The notes under the pieces were generated by a model. The model made no database searches. It was not told the DNA's origin and saw nothing but the letters and a program-made list of their open reading frames with translations. Position numbers and translations under genes: made by a program. This document shows, in pieces, positions 52,690-53,923 of a DNA stretch of 53,923 bases (its first letter is position 1; the number at the start of each line of letters is the position of its first letter). Source of the stretch: Thermodesulfovibrio sp. (lineage in GTDB: Bacteria > Nitrospirota > Thermodesulfovibrionia > Thermodesulfovibrionales > JdFR-85); contig JALUAR010000107.1 in NCBI GenBank assembly GCA_027050975.1, positions 1 to 53,923 of the forward strand, read 5' to 3'.

Positions 52690-53923
52690 TTAAAGCTCTA
52701 CCTGGGTTACCCTCAGAACTTCATCTATAGTGGTTATCCCCTTTCTGACCTTCGCGAGCCCATCCTCACGGAGCGTTCTCATACCAAGTTCTATAGCCTT
52801 TTCTCTCAGTTGCCTGACAGTGGCCTTTTCCATAATCATCTCTCTTATCTCATCGTTAATAATCAGTAGCTCAAAAATGGCTATCCTCCCTCTGTAGCCT
52901 GTTCCCGCACAGTTGTTACAGCCTTTGCCTTTGAAAAGCATCTTCGGAAGATTAAACTCAGATGTTATATCATCTCCGGGAAAATACTCCTCTTTACAAT
53001 CCGGGCATATACGCCTGACGAGACGCTGGGCCATAACGCTTATAAGAGTTGATGAGACGAGATAGTTCTCAACGCCCATGTCGATCAGTCTTGTAATTGC
53101 TCCGGGAGCATCGTTTGTGTGGAGTGTACTGAAAAGCAGATGGCCTGTAAGGGCGGCATGAATTGCTATACCTGCTGTCTCCAGATCTCTGATTTCACCC
53201 ACCATAATAATATCCGGGTCCTGTCTGACGATATGCCTCAGGCCGTTGGCAAAGGTGAGACCTATTTTGGGTCTGACATTTATCTGATTGATTCCCTTCA
53301 TAATATACTCTACAGGTTCCTCAATGGTAATTATCTTTTTATCAGGAGAGTTGATTCTATCAAGTGATGCATAGAGTGTTGTGCTCTTACCGCTTCCCGT
53401 GGGTCCTGTTATAAGAATCATGCCGTAGGGCTTATGAATGAGTTCTATATACTGGTTCAGGAGATAGGAGTCAAAGCCGAGTTCTTCAAGACCAATAAAG
53501 GTTGAGCCCCTGTCAAGTATTCGCATAACCAGGCTCTCGCCATGAACGGTTGGAATAGTCGAGACCCTGATGTCAATCTCTTTATTTCCATATTTCCCTT
53601 CGATTCTACCATCCTGGGGCAGTCTTCTTTCGGCGATATTCATTGATGCAAGGAGTTTGATCCTGGAGACAACAGCAGGTGCCATCCGTACAGGGATAAC
53701 CTCCTTTTCGTACAAAACACCGTCGATTCTGTAACGGACCCTGAGAAGATCCTCCTCAGGCTCAATATGTATGTCACTTGCACGATCCCTTACAGCATTT
53801 TCTATGATGAGGTTTACCAGCTGAACAATACCCTTTTCATGAGCAAGGTCCTTGAGGTGATCCACCTCCTTTGATGTTTCTGTTATGCCGATGTCTTCCT
53901 GCACATCATCAAGGACCCGTTTC
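52690..53923 (-). CDS. gspE: T2SS/T4P-type secretion ATPase GspE, with its N-terminus cut by the window edge
   Basis: Walker A GPTGSGKSTT, Asp/His boxes, Walker B (IIMVGEIRD), and the tetracysteine motif CPDC…CNNC. The frame stays open to position 53923. Confidence 0.92.
   Translation of the reverse strand, partial: KRVLDDVQEDIGITETSKEVDHLKDLAHEKGIVQLVNLIIENAVRDRASDIHIEPEEDLLRVRYRIDGVLYEKEVIPVRMAPAVVSRIKLLASMNIAERRLPQDGRIEGKYGNKEIDIRVSTIPTVHGESLVMRILDRGSTFIGLEELGFDSYLLNQYIELIHKPYGMILITGPTGSGKSTTLYASLDRINSPDKKIITIEEPVEYIMKGINQINVRPKIGLTFANGLRHIVRQDPDIIMVGEIRDLETAGIAIHAALTGHLLFSTLHTNDAPGAITRLIDMGVENYLVSSTLISVMAQRLVRRICPDCKEEYFPGDDITSEFNLPKMLFKGKGCNNCAGTGYRGRIAIFELLIINDEIREMIMEKATVRQLREKAIELGMRTLREDGLAKVRKGITTIDEVLRVTQVEL

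Noticed and set aside
1-53923. CRISPR arrays, IS elements, transposases, toxin-antitoxin pairs, restriction-modification or other recognisable defence systems.
   Set aside because: I saw no regularly spaced direct repeats, no terminal inverted repeats flanking an ORF, and no proteins with transposase, integrase, nuclease-methylase or TA signatures in any of the long ORFs.

Overview
This is a gene-dense bacterial chromosomal window: about 58 protein genes, one tRNA-Val, and no rRNA, CRISPR array, transposase, integrase or prophage signature. From gene content and SD-type ribosome sites it looks like an anaerobic or microaerophilic Gram-negative, but the taxon cannot be established here. Most of the window is housekeeping: rpsO-pnp, purL, moaC, ubiX, gnd-like, the phoH-pgpH-ybeY-dgkA block, queA/queH, aroC-aroK, cobO and ubiB.

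Three accessory regions stand out:
1. Nitrogen-oxide / c-haem island (165-9100). It holds CBS + HPP genes, a NapH-like polyferredoxin, norB with an unusual dihaem NorC-like subunit, an MCP with a periplasmic CXXCH motif, and an RseC-like gene followed by an octahaem HAO-like cytochrome. A near-identical palindromic box sits in all three promoter gaps.
2. Signalling locus (29152-33300). A near-consensus sigma-54 promoter drives a small two-CW Cys-rich ORF. That ORF is in frame, across a single TAA, with a giant hybrid sensor kinase. The kinase's predicted first TM helix lies in a 71-codon stretch with no canonical start codon, and its periplasmic domain has two CXXCH motifs.
3. Non-canonical type II secretion cluster (46160-53923): gspE (cut by the window edge)-K-L-M-C-like-D. 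It is translationally coupled to a PA2779-like small membrane protein, a C39-like cysteine peptidase lipoprotein and a TPR lipoprotein.

All functional calls come from motif recognition in the supplied translations. No database search was run.
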